Shown: one piece after another, positions 53,684 through 63,609 of the stretch
How positions within the stretch are numbered: the first letter of the stretch is position 1
Layout: every line of letters starts with the position of its first letter
Assembly (NCBI GenBank): GCA_023392635.1
Contig: JAEVYS010000108.1
Location: forward strand, 5,871 to 69,870
DNA: 64,000 bases
From: Actinomycetes bacterium
GTDB taxonomy: Bacteria; Actinomycetota; Actinomycetes; Propionibacteriales; Propionibacteriaceae
Direction of reading: 5' to 3'
Notes under the pieces: model-generated
The model's database searches: none
What the model was told of the DNA's origin: nothing
Seen by the model: the letters and a program-made list of their open reading frames with translations, nothing else
Position numbers and translations under genes: made by a program

Positions 53684-56600
53684 CGCAGCACCTGCTCGCC
53701 GCGTCCGGACGCCGGGCAGCTGGTGGCGAAGGCGCAGGTACGGCAGTGCCCGCCGGGAGTCGCCGGGTAGCTCCCCTCCGCGACGACCCGGGCTGCGGTC
53801 GCGACCCGGTGGTGCACCCAGCTGGGGTGGTCCTGCTCCTCGGAGTCGGTGCCCAGGTACGGGACGCTCGCCAGCGACGCCTGGCCGAACTCGCGCGGCA
53901 GGTCCTCCGGCTTGTCGGGCAGCCGAAGGTAGACGGCCGCCGCACCCGCCGGCCTGGCGTGACCGGCCGCCACCGCATCGAACCCACCCGACGCCACCGC
54001 GAGCTGGTAGATGCCGAGCTGTTCGAGCCCGGCGATCGCCGCCTTCGTGGGAACTGACCGGGACGTCTTGAAGTCGACCACCCGAAGCCCGTCGGAGGTC
54101 GCCTCCAGCCAGTCGACCTTGCCGTCGAGCACGACCTCGAGACCGTCGACACCCAGCCGCAGTTCGAACGGCACCTCCACTCCCACCAGCTCCGCGTCCC
54201 GCACCCGGCGCCACGACAGGAAGCGGGCGAGGCCCAACTCCACCTCGACGCGTTCGGTGGCCGACAGCCAGGCGGCCTCGAAGCGCAGCCGGTGCCACAC
54301 CTGGTCGAGCTGGCCGCGCAACTCGGCGATGCCCCAGCCCTCGGCGACGGCGCGTTGCACCAGCAGGTGGATCAGTGACCCGAGGGAGGCGGCGAGCCCT
54401 GGCTCCCCTTCCCCCCGTGCCTCCCGGGACAGGAAGTAGCGCCGCGGGCAGGTCAGCACGCTCGACACCTGGCTCGGGCTGAGCCGTACCACCGCGCCGG
54501 CAGCCAGGGGTTCGGGACGGCTGCTCAGCTCGCGCACGCCCCACCACCCGGACGGGTCGGCGGCCGGCGCCAGAGGACGCCCGGTGTCGTCGGTGGCGTC
54601 CGCGAGACGCGCCAGCTCGGACGTGGCCGCGGCGCGCAGGCCGTCCGGTGTGGCCGGATCGGTGGCCCAGCGCCGCAGTTCGGCGGCCAGCGCGGGGAGG
54701 GTGAGCGCCGGCCGTCCCCGGTCAGGCGACTGCGCCGGCACGCCCAGTTCCGCCAGGAACCGGGATGGTGTGTCCGCTTCGCCCTCTGTGCCGGCCGCCG
54801 CGGTCACCACGAGCCGTGCGCGTGCGCGCGAGCACGCCAGGTGGAACAGGCGCCGCTCCGCGGCGAGCAGGTCACGGTGGTCGGTGACGCCGCCGAGGCC
54901 GGCGGAGGTGAGCATGGCCGCGTCCAGCACGGTGCTGACGCGGCGTCCGGCAGGCCAGACACCCTCCTGCACGCCGGCGACGACGACCAGGTCCCACTCC
55001 CGCCCCCGTGCCCGGTGCGCGGTGAGCACCTGGACACCCCGCCCACGCAGCCGTGACTCGCGTTCGTGGTCGGCGGGAATCTGCTGGCCGGCGAGCTCGG
55101 CGAGGAACGCACGGACGCCACCGGCACCGCCACGCCGATCGGCCTGTGCCGCAGCCTCGAAGAACGCGCACAGGGCATCCAGGTCGGCGTCGGCGCGGCT
55201 GCCCAGCGCACCGCCGGAGCCGGACTCCCGCCGCAGCTGCGATGGCCACGACGTGCCCTGCCACAGCGCCCAGGCGACCACGTCGACCGGTGAGCCGCCG
55301 TCCATCCGTCGCCGCGCGTCTGCGAGCACCCCGAGGAGCAGCCGGAGGCGCTCGACCACGGGCGTCTCCTCCGCGCGCGCCAGCCAGCCGGGTTCGTTCA
55401 CGGCGGCGGCGAGCTGGTCGGGCAGGGTGATGGGGACCGCGCGGTCCTGGGCCCGCCGCCACTGCCGGGCCAGCCGGCGCAGTCCGAGGGCGTCGAAGCC
55501 GGCGAGCGGCGAGGTGAGGAGGCGGACGGTCTCGTCTGGCGCGACCCGTCCGGCTGCGGTGATCTCGAGCGCGAGCAGCAGCGGACGCACGGCGGGCGCC
55601 TGCGCGAGCGGGATCTCGTCCCCGGCCACCTCCACCGGCACTCCGGCCGAGGTGAGCGAGCGGACGATGGGGCCGAGCTGGCGGCGCCCGGACCGCACCA
55701 GCACCGCCATCTGGCCGTACTCGATGCCCTCCAGCAGGCGCGCCCGACGCAGTTCGGCAGCGATCGCCGCCGCCTCATCGGCCTCGCCGGCGCAGGTCAG
55801 CACGCGCACGTCGCCCCGAGCAGAGGCCGCGACCGCCCCGCGCGCATCGCTGCCCGAGGGACGCGGCAGTCGCGCCCTGATGCCGTCCACGGCCTCCGCG
55901 ATCCGGCCGCCCAGGCGATGGCCCGCGAGCAACTCGACCCGCCGGGCCGGCGCGTCCGGCCGGCTGAAGAACCGCTCGAAGTCCGCCACGGCGCGTGGGC
56001 TGGCCCCACGGAACGTGGAGCTGGCACTGTCGGGGTCGGCCACGGCAAGGACGGCGGCACCTCCCCCGGCCAGCGTGGCCGCAAGGCCGATCTGTGCCGG
56101 GTCCAGCTCGGTGAAGTCGTCGATGAGGACCGCACCGATCTCGCCGGTGACCGCAGCGAAGACCTCCACGTCGGTGAGCAGCAGCCGGACGCGGTGCACC
56201 AGCTCGGCGTAGTCGAGCACCCCTTCCGCGTCCAGCACGTCGAGGTACTCGGCGAAGAAGCGGCCCAGCGCCGTCCACTCCGGGCGGCCGGCCTCCTCGC
56301 CGAACTGGACGAGGTCCTCCGGCTCGAGGCCGAGTTGCCGCGTGCGCGCGAGCGCGGCCCGTACCTGTGCGGCGAAGCCACGGGTGCCGAGGGCGTGGCG
56401 CAGGTCAGCCGGCCACACGGTCGGCCCCGATCCCGCCAGCAGCTCCCGCACCCGGTACTCCTGCTCGGGCGCGGCCAGCAGCCGCAGGTCGGGGCGGCCC
56501 GCGAACCTCTGCCACAGCGACCGGCACAACGAGTGGACGGTGGTCACCGGCGGCTGCCAGGCGCCGCTGCCCAACTCGGCGGCGACCACGTTGCGCAGCG

Positions 56601-56787
56601 AACTCGCCGCGGTGCGGCTCGCAGCGAGGACCAGCGGCGCGCGCCCGCCCGCCCTGCACCCCGCGACCGCCGCATGGGCGACCAGCGTGGTCTTCCCCGT
56701 TCCGGGCCCGCCGAGCACCAGCAACGGCCCCGACCACCCGGAAAGGACCGCCGACTGCTCCGGACCGGGCGGGGGCAGGATCGTCAC
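53680..56787 (-). CDS. adnA: AdnAB helicase-nuclease, AdnA subunit
   Basis: GGPGTGKT and degenerate helicase motifs; nuclease GKVD...DFKT; Fe-S cysteines in TCPRR and HCRTC...SCP. Confidence 0.9.
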   Translation of the reverse strand: MTILPPPGPEQSAVLSGWSGPLLVLGGPGTGKTTLVAHAAVAGCRAGGRAPLVLAASRTAASSLRNVVAAELGSGAWQPPVTTVHSLCRSLWQRFAGRPDLRLLAAPEQEYRVRELLAGSGPTVWPADLRHALGTRGFAAQVRAALARTRQLGLEPEDLVQFGEEAGRPEWTALGRFFAEYLDVLDAEGVLDYAELVHRVRLLLTDVEVFAAVTGEIGAVLIDDFTELDPAQIGLAATLAGGGAAVLAVADPDSASSTFRGASPRAVADFERFFSRPDAPARRVELLAGHRLGGRIAEAVDGIRARLPRPSGSDARGAVAASARGDVRVLTCAGEADEAAAIAAELRRARLLEGIEYGQMAVLVRSGRRQLGPIVRSLTSAGVPVEVAGDEIPLAQAPAVRPLLLALEITAAGRVAPDETVRLLTSPLAGFDALGLRRLARQWRRAQDRAVPITLPDQLAAAVNEPGWLARAEETPVVERLRLLLGVLADARRRMDGGSPVDVVAWALWQGTSWPSQLRRESGSGGALGSRADADLDALCAFFEAAAQADRRGGAGGVRAFLAELAGQQIPADHERESRLRGRGVQVLTAHRARGREWDLVVVAGVQEGVWPAGRRVSTVLDAAMLTSAGLGGVTDHRDLLAAERRLFHLACSRARARLVVTAAAGTEGEADTPSRFLAELGVPAQSPDRGRPALTLPALAAELRRWATDPATPDGLRAAATSELARLADATDDTGRPLAPAADPSGWWGVRELSSRPEPLAAGAVVRLSPSQVSSVLTCPRRYFLSREARGEGEPGLAASLGSLIHLLVQRAVAEGWGIAELRGQLDQVWHRLRFEAAWLSATERVEVELGLARFLSWRRVRDAELVGVEVPFELRLGVDGLEVVLDGKVDWLEATSDGLRVVDFKTSRSVPTKAAIAGLEQLGIYQLAVASGGFDAVAAGHARPAGAAAVYLRLPDKPEDLPREFGQASLASVPYLGTDSEEQDHPSWVHHRVATAARVVAEGSYPATPGGHCRTCAFATSCPASGRGEQVLR

Positions 56788-56794
56788 GCGGACT

Positions 56795-56816
56795 ATGCAA
56801 CCACCTTCCGCCGACA
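56795..56816 (-). promoter_or_regulatory. Probable PafBC-type promoter of adnAB (degenerate -10)
   Basis: TGTCGG-N10-TTGCAT, 7 nt before GTG 56787. Confidence 0.55.
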
Positions 56817-56920
56817 CCGCCCTCCCCCGCCCCACGAGCCGTGAGCGTGGAGCTGATGCCGCCGGTCCACTCACCGCGTGCGAGGGATCAGCAATTGACG
56901 AACCTGCCCGGACCCCGGGA

Positions 56921-56939
56921 TGTATAGCTTGGCTATGTA
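56921..56939. promoter_or_regulatory. Putative MarR operator
   Basis: Imperfect palindrome TGTATAGC-TTG-GCTATGTA, abutting the TAACGT -10 (56938-56943) of marR. Confidence 0.55.
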
Positions 56940-56949
56940 ACGTGGCCGG

Positions 56950-57417
56950 GTGACCTCGACGTTCCCCCTGGGCGACGACCTCCTGCGGAGTGTCGCCCGC
57001 CTGAACCGCTGGGCCAGCAGGAGCGCCGGAATGGGCGTCCCGTCCGCTTCGGCGCGGCTGTTGGCCCTGCTCGAGGACGGCGGCCCGATGCGGGTCGGAG
57101 ACCTCGCGCACGCCGACCACAGCAGCCAGCCGACGGCGACAGCGGGCGTCCGCCGGCTCGAGGCGGCCGGTTGGGTCGAGCGCACCGCAGACCCGCGCGA
57201 CGCCCGTGCCAGCGTCGTGCGCCTCACCCGCTCGGGACGGGCCGCGCTCGAGCGGGCCCGGCGGGCACGGGCCGCGGCCCTGGAGCCGGTGCTGGAGGAC
57301 CTCACCCGACGCGACCCGCAAGCCAGGGAACGGGTGGTCGCTGCCGTGGCGGTCCTCGGCGACCTGCTCGCCATCGCCGGCCGGCCCGAGGGCCGCGCCC
57401 TCGACCACCTGATCTGA
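56950..57417 (+). CDS. MarR family transcriptional regulator
   Basis: GPMRVGDLA...SQPTAT.GVRRLE.AGWVER..DPRD.RA winged HTH. Confidence 0.88.
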   Translation: MTSTFPLGDDLLRSVARLNRWASRSAGMGVPSASARLLALLEDGGPMRVGDLAHADHSSQPTATAGVRRLEAAGWVERTADPRDARASVVRLTRSGRAALERARRARAAALEPVLEDLTRRDPQARERVVAAVAVLGDLLAIAGRPEGRALDHLI

Positions 57418-57446
57418 CGAAGAAGACCCGAGAGGCAACCCACCCC

Positions 57447-58648
57447 ATGCTGCGTCAATCCCGAACCGTCTGGTCCGTCGCCTTCGCGTGCGTGATCTCC
57501 TTCATGGGTATCGGCCTCGTCGATCCCATCCTGAAGCCCATCGCAGAGGAGCTGGGCGCCGGCCCGTCCGAGGTCTCGCTGCTGTTCACCAGCTACATGG
57601 CGGTGATGGGCTGGCGATGCTCGGCACCGGCTGGCTCAGCACGCGTCTCGGCGCCAAGCGGACGCTGCTGCTCGGCCTGGTCCTGATCGTCGCCGGCTCC
57701 GCCCTGGCGGGCAGCCAGGACGGCATCGCCGGCATCGTCGGCTTCCGTGCACTCTGGGGGCTGGGCAACGCACTGTTCATCGCCACGGCCCTGGCCACGA
57801 TCGTCAACGCGGCGTCCGGCTCGGTGGCGCAGGCGATCATCCTGTACGAGGCCGCACTCGGCGTCGGCATCGCGACCGGACCGCTCCTGGGCGGCTGGCT
57901 CGGCAGCATCGGCTGGCGCTGGCCCTTCTACGGGGTGGCCGTCCTGATGGCACTCGCCTTCGTCGCGGTGCTGACCACACTGCCCGCCACGCCGCCACCC
58001 GCCGTCGCCGCCCGGCTGTCGGCCCCCCTGCGCGCGCTCCGCGACCGTGGCCTGCTCACCGTCGGCGTCACCGCACTGCTGTACAACTTCGGCTTCTTCA
58101 CCCTGCTCGCCTTCACCCCGTTCCCCTTGGGCATGGGGGCGCAGCAGATAGGCCTCATCTTCTTCGGCTGGGGCGTCCTGCTGGCGGTCACGTCCGTCTT
58201 CGTCGCACCGTGGCTGCAGCGACGCTTCGGCACGATGCCGGGCATCGGGATCGCCCTGGTCGGCTTCGCCGCCGTCCTGTTCACGATGGGCACCTGGGCG
58301 GACCGCAAGCCGGTTCTCGTGGTCGGCGTCATCCTCGCCGGCGCCTTCATCGGGGTCAACAACACCCTCATCACCGAGACGGTGATGAAGATCGCGCCGG
58401 TGGAACGCAGCGTCGCCTCGGCCGCGTACAGCTTCGTACGCTTCGGTGGTGGCGCGATCGCCCCATGGCTCGCCGGGACGCTCGGCGAGCGCTCCGCCCG
58501 GCTCCCGTTCCTCGTCGGTGCCGGGGCCGTGGCCGCGGCGCTGCTCGTCCTGCTCACGGCGGCGCCGCGGCTGGCCGCGCTGGACGCCGCGCACACCCGC
58601 CTCGAGCCGCTCGACGAGGCCGAGGCGGTGGGTGTCGGGGACGCCTGA
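57447..58648 (+). pseudogene. MFS efflux transporter (YfmO-like) with a 1-nt frameshift at about 57608-57610
   Basis: One frame gives MLRQSRTVWSVAFACVISFMGIGLVDPIL...SYMAVMG; the MFS sequence continues in another frame as LAMLGTGWLSTRLGAKRTLL. Either a real pseudogene or a sequencing error. Confidence 0.8.
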
Positions 58649-58833
58649 AACCGGCGTCCTCCAAGGCATTCGGCCGGTGGCCCACCGGGCCGGGTGCCCC
58701 GCTGCGGCTCCGCCCTCGGGGTTGCCCCGGGCTGCTCCCCGAACCGGTGCCAGCACCTGCCTCCGGACTCGCGCCGACCGGCGTGTTCGCGGCTACATTG
58801 GGGGCCAACGCCTAGCAACCGAGAGGTTCCCCG

Positions 58834-60066
58834 ATGTCTACACCCGCGCAGCCGTCCAGCCAGGGACAGGCCGTCCAGCTCGCGCCCCCGGACATGCTCA
58901 CGCTGACCGCGCCGGCCGCCCCGCCCGTCGTCACCACCACCCAGGCCCCGGCGATGGCGCCGCAGGTGGCCGCCGCACAGGTCCCGGTGCTCGACGCGAA
59001 GGTGAACGACTTCCTCACCGCGCTCAACTCGGCCGAGGAGAACTCCCCGACCTTCTCCGCACAGGCGGACGCGGTGCGCAGCATGGGGGACGCCGACATC
59101 CGCAAGGCCGCGGACACGTCCAACCGGCTGTTGCAGACCCCGGTGCGCGCGATCGAGTCCGGCGGCCTGGCCGACACCTCCAAGGTCGGCAAGACACTGC
59201 TCGAACTGCGGCGCACGGTCGAGGACCTCGACCCCGCGCAGGCCAAGGGTGCCAAGGGCTTCTTCGCTCGCCTCAGCGCCGGCAACAAGGTGACCGACTA
59301 CTTCCGCAAGTACCAGAGCTCGCAGGACCACCTCAACGGCATCCTGCACGCCCTGCGCTCGGGGCAGGACGAACTCACCAAGGACAACGTCGCGCTCAAC
59401 ATGGAGAAGCAGAACCTGTGGGTGGTGATGGGCCGCCTCAACCAGTACGTCTACATCGCCGAGCGCCTCGACGCGCGGCTGTCCGCCCAGATCGCCGAGC
59501 TCGAACTGTCGGACCCGGAGAAGGCGAAGGCGCTGAACCAGGACGTGCTCTTCTACGTCCGCCAGAAGCACCAGGACCTGCTCACCCAGCTCGCCGTGTC
59601 CATCCAGAGCTACCTGGCGATCGACATCATCATCAAGAACAACGTCGAGCTCATCAAGGGCGTCGACCGTGCGTCCACCACGACCGTCTCCGCCCTGCGG
59701 ACGGCGGTCATCGTGGCGCAGGCGCTGGGCAACCAGAAGCTCGTGCTCGACCAGATCACCGCGCTCAACACGACCACCTCGGAGATGATCCAGCGGACCT
59801 CGGAGATGCTGAAGGAGAACTCGGCCCAGATCCAGGAGCAGGCCGCGTCCTCGACCATCGGGCTGGAGCAGCTGCAGGCGGCGTTCGCCAACATCTACTC
59901 CACCATGGACTCCATCGACCAGTTCAAGGTGAAGGCGCTGGACGCGATGTCGGCCACCATCGGCACCCTGGAGACCGAGGTCGCCAAGAGCCGCGCCTAC
60001 CTGGACCGGGTCGCCTCGCAGGACACCCGGGCGGCCCAACTGCCCACCATCTCGATCGATCGCTGA
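58834..60066 (+). CDS. Toxic anion resistance protein (TelA/KlaB family)
   Basis: L.ELRRTVEDLDP, DYFRKYQSSQ, GQDEL.KDN, RQKHQDLLTQLAV and NNVELIKGVDRA motifs; GAGAGG RBS; TACATT -10 at 58794-58799. Confidence 0.88.
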   Translation: MSTPAQPSSQGQAVQLAPPDMLTLTAPAAPPVVTTTQAPAMAPQVAAAQVPVLDAKVNDFLTALNSAEENSPTFSAQADAVRSMGDADIRKAADTSNRLLQTPVRAIESGGLADTSKVGKTLLELRRTVEDLDPAQAKGAKGFFARLSAGNKVTDYFRKYQSSQDHLNGILHALRSGQDELTKDNVALNMEKQNLWVVMGRLNQYVYIAERLDARLSAQIAELELSDPEKAKALNQDVLFYVRQKHQDLLTQLAVSIQSYLAIDIIIKNNVELIKGVDRASTTTVSALRTAVIVAQALGNQKLVLDQITALNTTTSEMIQRTSEMLKENSAQIQEQAASSTIGLEQLQAAFANIYSTMDSIDQFKVKALDAMSATIGTLETEVAKSRAYLDRVASQDTRAAQLPTISIDR

Positions 60067-60074
60067 GGTAGTGG

Positions 60075-60668
60075 ATGGGGTTCTGGGATCGCGTGCTGGG
60101 ACGGGAGGACCCGCCCGCACCGCCGGCGGACGGCGAGGTGGCCGCCGCGCCGACCGCGCCTGACATCTCCGCGTCCCTCGACGGGGTGGAGCGGCTGGTC
60201 GCCGACCCCGCGGTGCCCGGAGTGGTGCGGGCACGCGCCCTCCAGATCACTGCCGCCGTGCGCCGGACGCTGCCGCGACTGGACCTGTTGGGCCTGGGCA
60301 GCTACGACTCGTACTCGGTGGTCGCCACCGCCACCGACTACCTGCCCGAGGCGATCGGGGCCTACCTGCGCCTGCCCCGGGACTGGGCGGACTCCCGGCC
60401 GGTGGACGGCGGCAAGACCTCGCTGCTGCTGCTGATCGACCAGCTCGACCTCCTCGCGGTGACGATGGACGCGATCTACGACGCCGCGAACACGACGGAC
60501 GCAGCAGCGCTGATCAGCCACGGACGGTTCCTGCAGGAGCGCTTCGGCCACGCCCACGCACCCGAGCTGAACCTGGCCGTGCCCACCCCGACCGCCCCCG
60601 TCGAGCCCGCGACCGACCGCGTCGAGTCCCCCACCGGCACGCCCACGACGAACCAGGACCAGGCATGA
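60075..60668 (+). CDS. Hypothetical helical protein, possibly an XpaC-like partner of TelA
   Basis: ATDYLPEAIGAYLRLP, QLDLL and HGRFLQERF motifs; GAGGT RBS; directly after telA. Confidence 0.7.
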   Translation: MGFWDRVLGREDPPAPPADGEVAAAPTAPDISASLDGVERLVADPAVPGVVRARALQITAAVRRTLPRLDLLGLGSYDSYSVVATATDYLPEAIGAYLRLPRDWADSRPVDGGKTSLLLLIDQLDLLAVTMDAIYDAANTTDAAALISHGRFLQERFGHAHAPELNLAVPTPTAPVEPATDRVESPTGTPTTNQDQA

Positions 60669-62314
60669 GCACCCCGACCCTGTCCAAGGCGCTGGCTGCC
60701 CTCGCCGACGCCGCCGCTGCCGCCGGGTTCGACCCGGACGCTGCGGCCGAGGAGGGCCTGGTGCTCTCCGCGGCAGTCTCGGAGTCCAACCGCGGAGCGT
60801 TCGTGGACTGGTGCCGTGAGGTGGGCGTGCCCACCTCGGCCGAGGCGTTCATGGACGCGGCCGTCCGCGGACGCCGCTATCGCCGGGCCCCCACGCCGCT
60901 GGCCAGCCAGGCGGCCGGGATGCACGGCGCCAGGGCGGGCAGGTACGCGGCCGCCCTCGCCGACGTGTGCCACGCCGCTGCCGCGCTCGGCGAGGCGGGT
61001 CCGGGCGCGTTCGGTGCCGCCAGCCTCGCCGCCGCGGCGCAGCACCCGTCCGCATCGCCGACGCATCCGTGGTCGGAGGGCGCACCGCGGCGAACGACCG
61101 TTCCTGAACCGCCCGTCCCGGCCGACGAGGCCGCGCAGCGTGAGTTCGTCCGCCAGGCGCCGGCGATCCTCAACGAGGTTCTGTCCCGGCTCACGCAGGG
61201 CCAGGACCGCCTGCTCGACGTGAGCCGCCTCGACCCGGCCGCGGGCGGCGCGTTCCCCGGCCTCGGCGGGGTGTCCTTCCCGACGCCGTCGGCGTCCGCA
61301 GGGCTGCCACCGAACGGGGCGCCCCAGGGCTCCGCGGCGCCGATCGCAGCCGCCCCACCGCCCGAAGAGCCGGTCGAGCCGGAGCCGAAGGAGCCGGAGG
61401 AACCGGAGAAGACCGTCGAGGAGTGGCTGGCCGAGCTCGATGAGCTCACCGGCCTGAAGACGGTGAAGGCCGAGATCCGCCGCCAGACCGCCATCCTTCG
61501 GGTCGACAGCCTGCGCACGAAGGCCGGGCTGAGGAGCCCGACGATCACGCGGCACCTGATCTTCACCGGCAACCCCGGAACCGGCAAGACGACGGTGGCC
61601 CGCCTGGTCGCCGGCATCTACAAGGCCATCGGGCTGCTCAGCAAGGGCCAGCTCGTCGAGGTCGACCGCTCCGAACTGGTGGCCGGCTACCTGGGCCAGA
61701 CGGCCATCAAGACCGCCGAGGTCACGGCGAAGGCCTACGGCGGGGTGTTGTTCATCGACGAGGCCTACTCGCTCAACGGCGACCAGTACGGCGAGGAGGC
61801 GATCAACACCCTGGTGAAGGAGATGGAGGACCATCGCGACGACCTCGTGGTCATCGTCGCGGGCTACCCGGTACCGATGGACGTCTTCATCTCGAACAAT
61901 CCCGGCCTCGCCAGCCGGTTCCGAACGACCATCATGTTCGACGACTACACCGACCAGGAACTGCGCGACATCTTCACCTCGATGGCGGCGAAGTCCGACT
62001 ACGACCTCGGCGAAGGCGTGCTCGACGAGTTCTCCCGCCAACTCGACCAGCAGGCCCGCGACGAGAACTTCGGCAATGGCCGCTACGCGCGCAACCTGCT
62101 CGAAGCGGCGATCGGACGCCATGCCTGGCGCCTGCGCGAGGTCACCGAGCCGACGCTGGAGCAGTTGCGCACGATCCTCCCCGAGGACCTCGTCGATCCC
62201 GATCCCGGCCCGGCGCTGCCCGCGCCGTCAGGGACGGGCAGCCTCGAGCCGCCGGACGCCGCCGGCCCGATCGCGCCGGTCGAGTTCCCGGCCCGGCCCG
62301 CGGAGCAGGAATGA
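60665..62314 (+). CDS. AAA+ ATPase of the CbbX/SpoVK/EccA clade with a helical N-terminal domain
   Basis: HLIFTGNPGTGKT, LVAGYLGQTA.KT, LFIDEAYSL, NPGLASRF and FGNGR.ARN motifs. Confidence 0.88.
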   Translation: MSTPTLSKALAALADAAAAAGFDPDAAAEEGLVLSAAVSESNRGAFVDWCREVGVPTSAEAFMDAAVRGRRYRRAPTPLASQAAGMHGARAGRYAAALADVCHAAAALGEAGPGAFGAASLAAAAQHPSASPTHPWSEGAPRRTTVPEPPVPADEAAQREFVRQAPAILNEVLSRLTQGQDRLLDVSRLDPAAGGAFPGLGGVSFPTPSASAGLPPNGAPQGSAAPIAAAPPPEEPVEPEPKEPEEPEKTVEEWLAELDELTGLKTVKAEIRRQTAILRVDSLRTKAGLRSPTITRHLIFTGNPGTGKTTVARLVAGIYKAIGLLSKGQLVEVDRSELVAGYLGQTAIKTAEVTAKAYGGVLFIDEAYSLNGDQYGEEAINTLVKEMEDHRDDLVVIVAGYPVPMDVFISNNPGLASRFRTTIMFDDYTDQELRDIFTSMAAKSDYDLGEGVLDEFSRQLDQQARDENFGNGRYARNLLEAAIGRHAWRLREVTEPTLEQLRTILPEDLVDPDPGPALPAPSGTGSLEPPDAAGPIAPVEFPARPAEQE

Positions 62315-63609
62315 CCGCACCGGCGGCGCCGACCGCCACGGTTCCGGGCCCGGCGGGCACCGCCGCGTCCCCGCGGCCCTCGGCGACGGTGGTGGAGCGT
62401 GCGACTGATCGGCCCGGGGAGCCGGCGGCACCCGCGCCGAGCCGCACCCCCCGGTTCCTGCGACGGCTCCAGGTGCTGGTGGCGCTCGCCGCCGTCCTCG
62501 CCGGCGCCCTCGCCACCTGGGTGATCGTCGACCTCCGTGCCGACCTCGCCACGAGCGCCCAAGCGGCCCGGCAGTACGCGACGCTCGGGCAGGTCCACCA
62601 CGCCCTGAACAGTGCCGCCGACCATGCCGCGCGCAGCGTGCTCGCCGACGAGACGGCCGGCGGGCAACGCGCCAAGGTGGCCGGCGAGGACCTCGCGGCC
62701 GCCGCCGGATTGCTCGTCGACGCCGCCCGGGCGCACCCCGAGGACGCGCAGGCCCTCAACGCGATCAGCCAGCAGGTGTCGCGCTACGCCCAGGCGCTCG
62801 CTCCGGCGCTGGGTGGGCCGGACCATGCCCGCGCGCTCTCACAGCTCGCTGCGGCCGACACCCAGCTGGACAAGGCCCTGGAGCAGATCGAGACCATGCA
62901 GGCGGGGCTGTCGGACCAGGCAGCCGCCCGGCCTCTCACGCAGAGCTGGGCGATCGTCGTCTGGCCCCTGGTCGCCGGATTGGCGGTCGTGGTCTGGGCC
63001 TCCTGGGCGCTGGCCCGGCTGAGCCACCGGGTGGTGAACCTCGGCGTGGCCGGCACCGCGCTCGCGATCGTGCTCGTGGCGACCATGGCGCTCGGCGCCC
63101 AGGCGAGTGCAGCGGACGCCTTCCGGGTGAGCCGCACGGAGCAGTTCGCCTCGGTCGTGAACACCGCCGCGGCGGTCGACGGGCTGGACCGGGCCCAGCG
63201 CGTGCTGACCAGCGCGGTGCTGCGCCAGTCCTGGGGATCCGGTCCCGACGGCGACTACGCCGACGCGCTCGCCGGCGCACGGAAGGCCGCCGCCGCAGAG
63301 GCGCTGCCCAGCCTGAGCAGCTACGACGCGGCCAAGGTCGCCCTGGCCACGCAGATGACGAAGCGGGACTGGGCGGGCGCGGCGAAGTCGCTGAACGCCA
63401 CGAGCGACACCGCGCTGGACAGCCTCGCCGACGAGTTCCGCCAGGCGGCCGGCAGCAGGACATCCGCCTCGCTGGCAGAGGCCGAGGCGGCACCGCGCGG
63501 GGCCGGCAACGTGATGGCGGCGCAACTGGTCTTCGCGATCCTCTTCGCCCTGGCCGGAGCAGCCCTTGGGGCCCTCGGCATCGATCGCAGACTTCAGGAG
63601 TACCGATGA
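62311..63609 (+). CDS. Membrane protein with two extracytoplasmic helical domains, GlnX-like
   Basis: TM / helical domain / TM-SHRVVNLG-TM / helical domain / TM, ending GIDRRLQEYR. Confidence 0.7.
   Translation: MTAPAAPTATVPGPAGTAASPRPSATVVERATDRPGEPAAPAPSRTPRFLRRLQVLVALAAVLAGALATWVIVDLRADLATSAQAARQYATLGQVHHALNSAADHAARSVLADETAGGQRAKVAGEDLAAAAGLLVDAARAHPEDAQALNAISQQVSRYAQALAPALGGPDHARALSQLAAADTQLDKALEQIETMQAGLSDQAAARPLTQSWAIVVWPLVAGLAVVVWASWALARLSHRVVNLGVAGTALAIVLVATMALGAQASAADAFRVSRTEQFASVVNTAAAVDGLDRAQRVLTSAVLRQSWGSGPDGDYADALAGARKAAAAEALPSLSSYDAAKVALATQMTKRDWAGAAKSLNATSDTALDSLADEFRQAAGSRTSASLAEAEAAPRGAGNVMAAQLVFAILFALAGAALGALGIDRRLQEYR

Noticed and set aside
60665..62314. Type VII secretion EccA or Rubisco activase CbbX
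   Set aside because: No TPR N-domain is evident, and the window has no FtsK/EccC, WXG100 or rbcL genes; only the AAA+ clade is shared.
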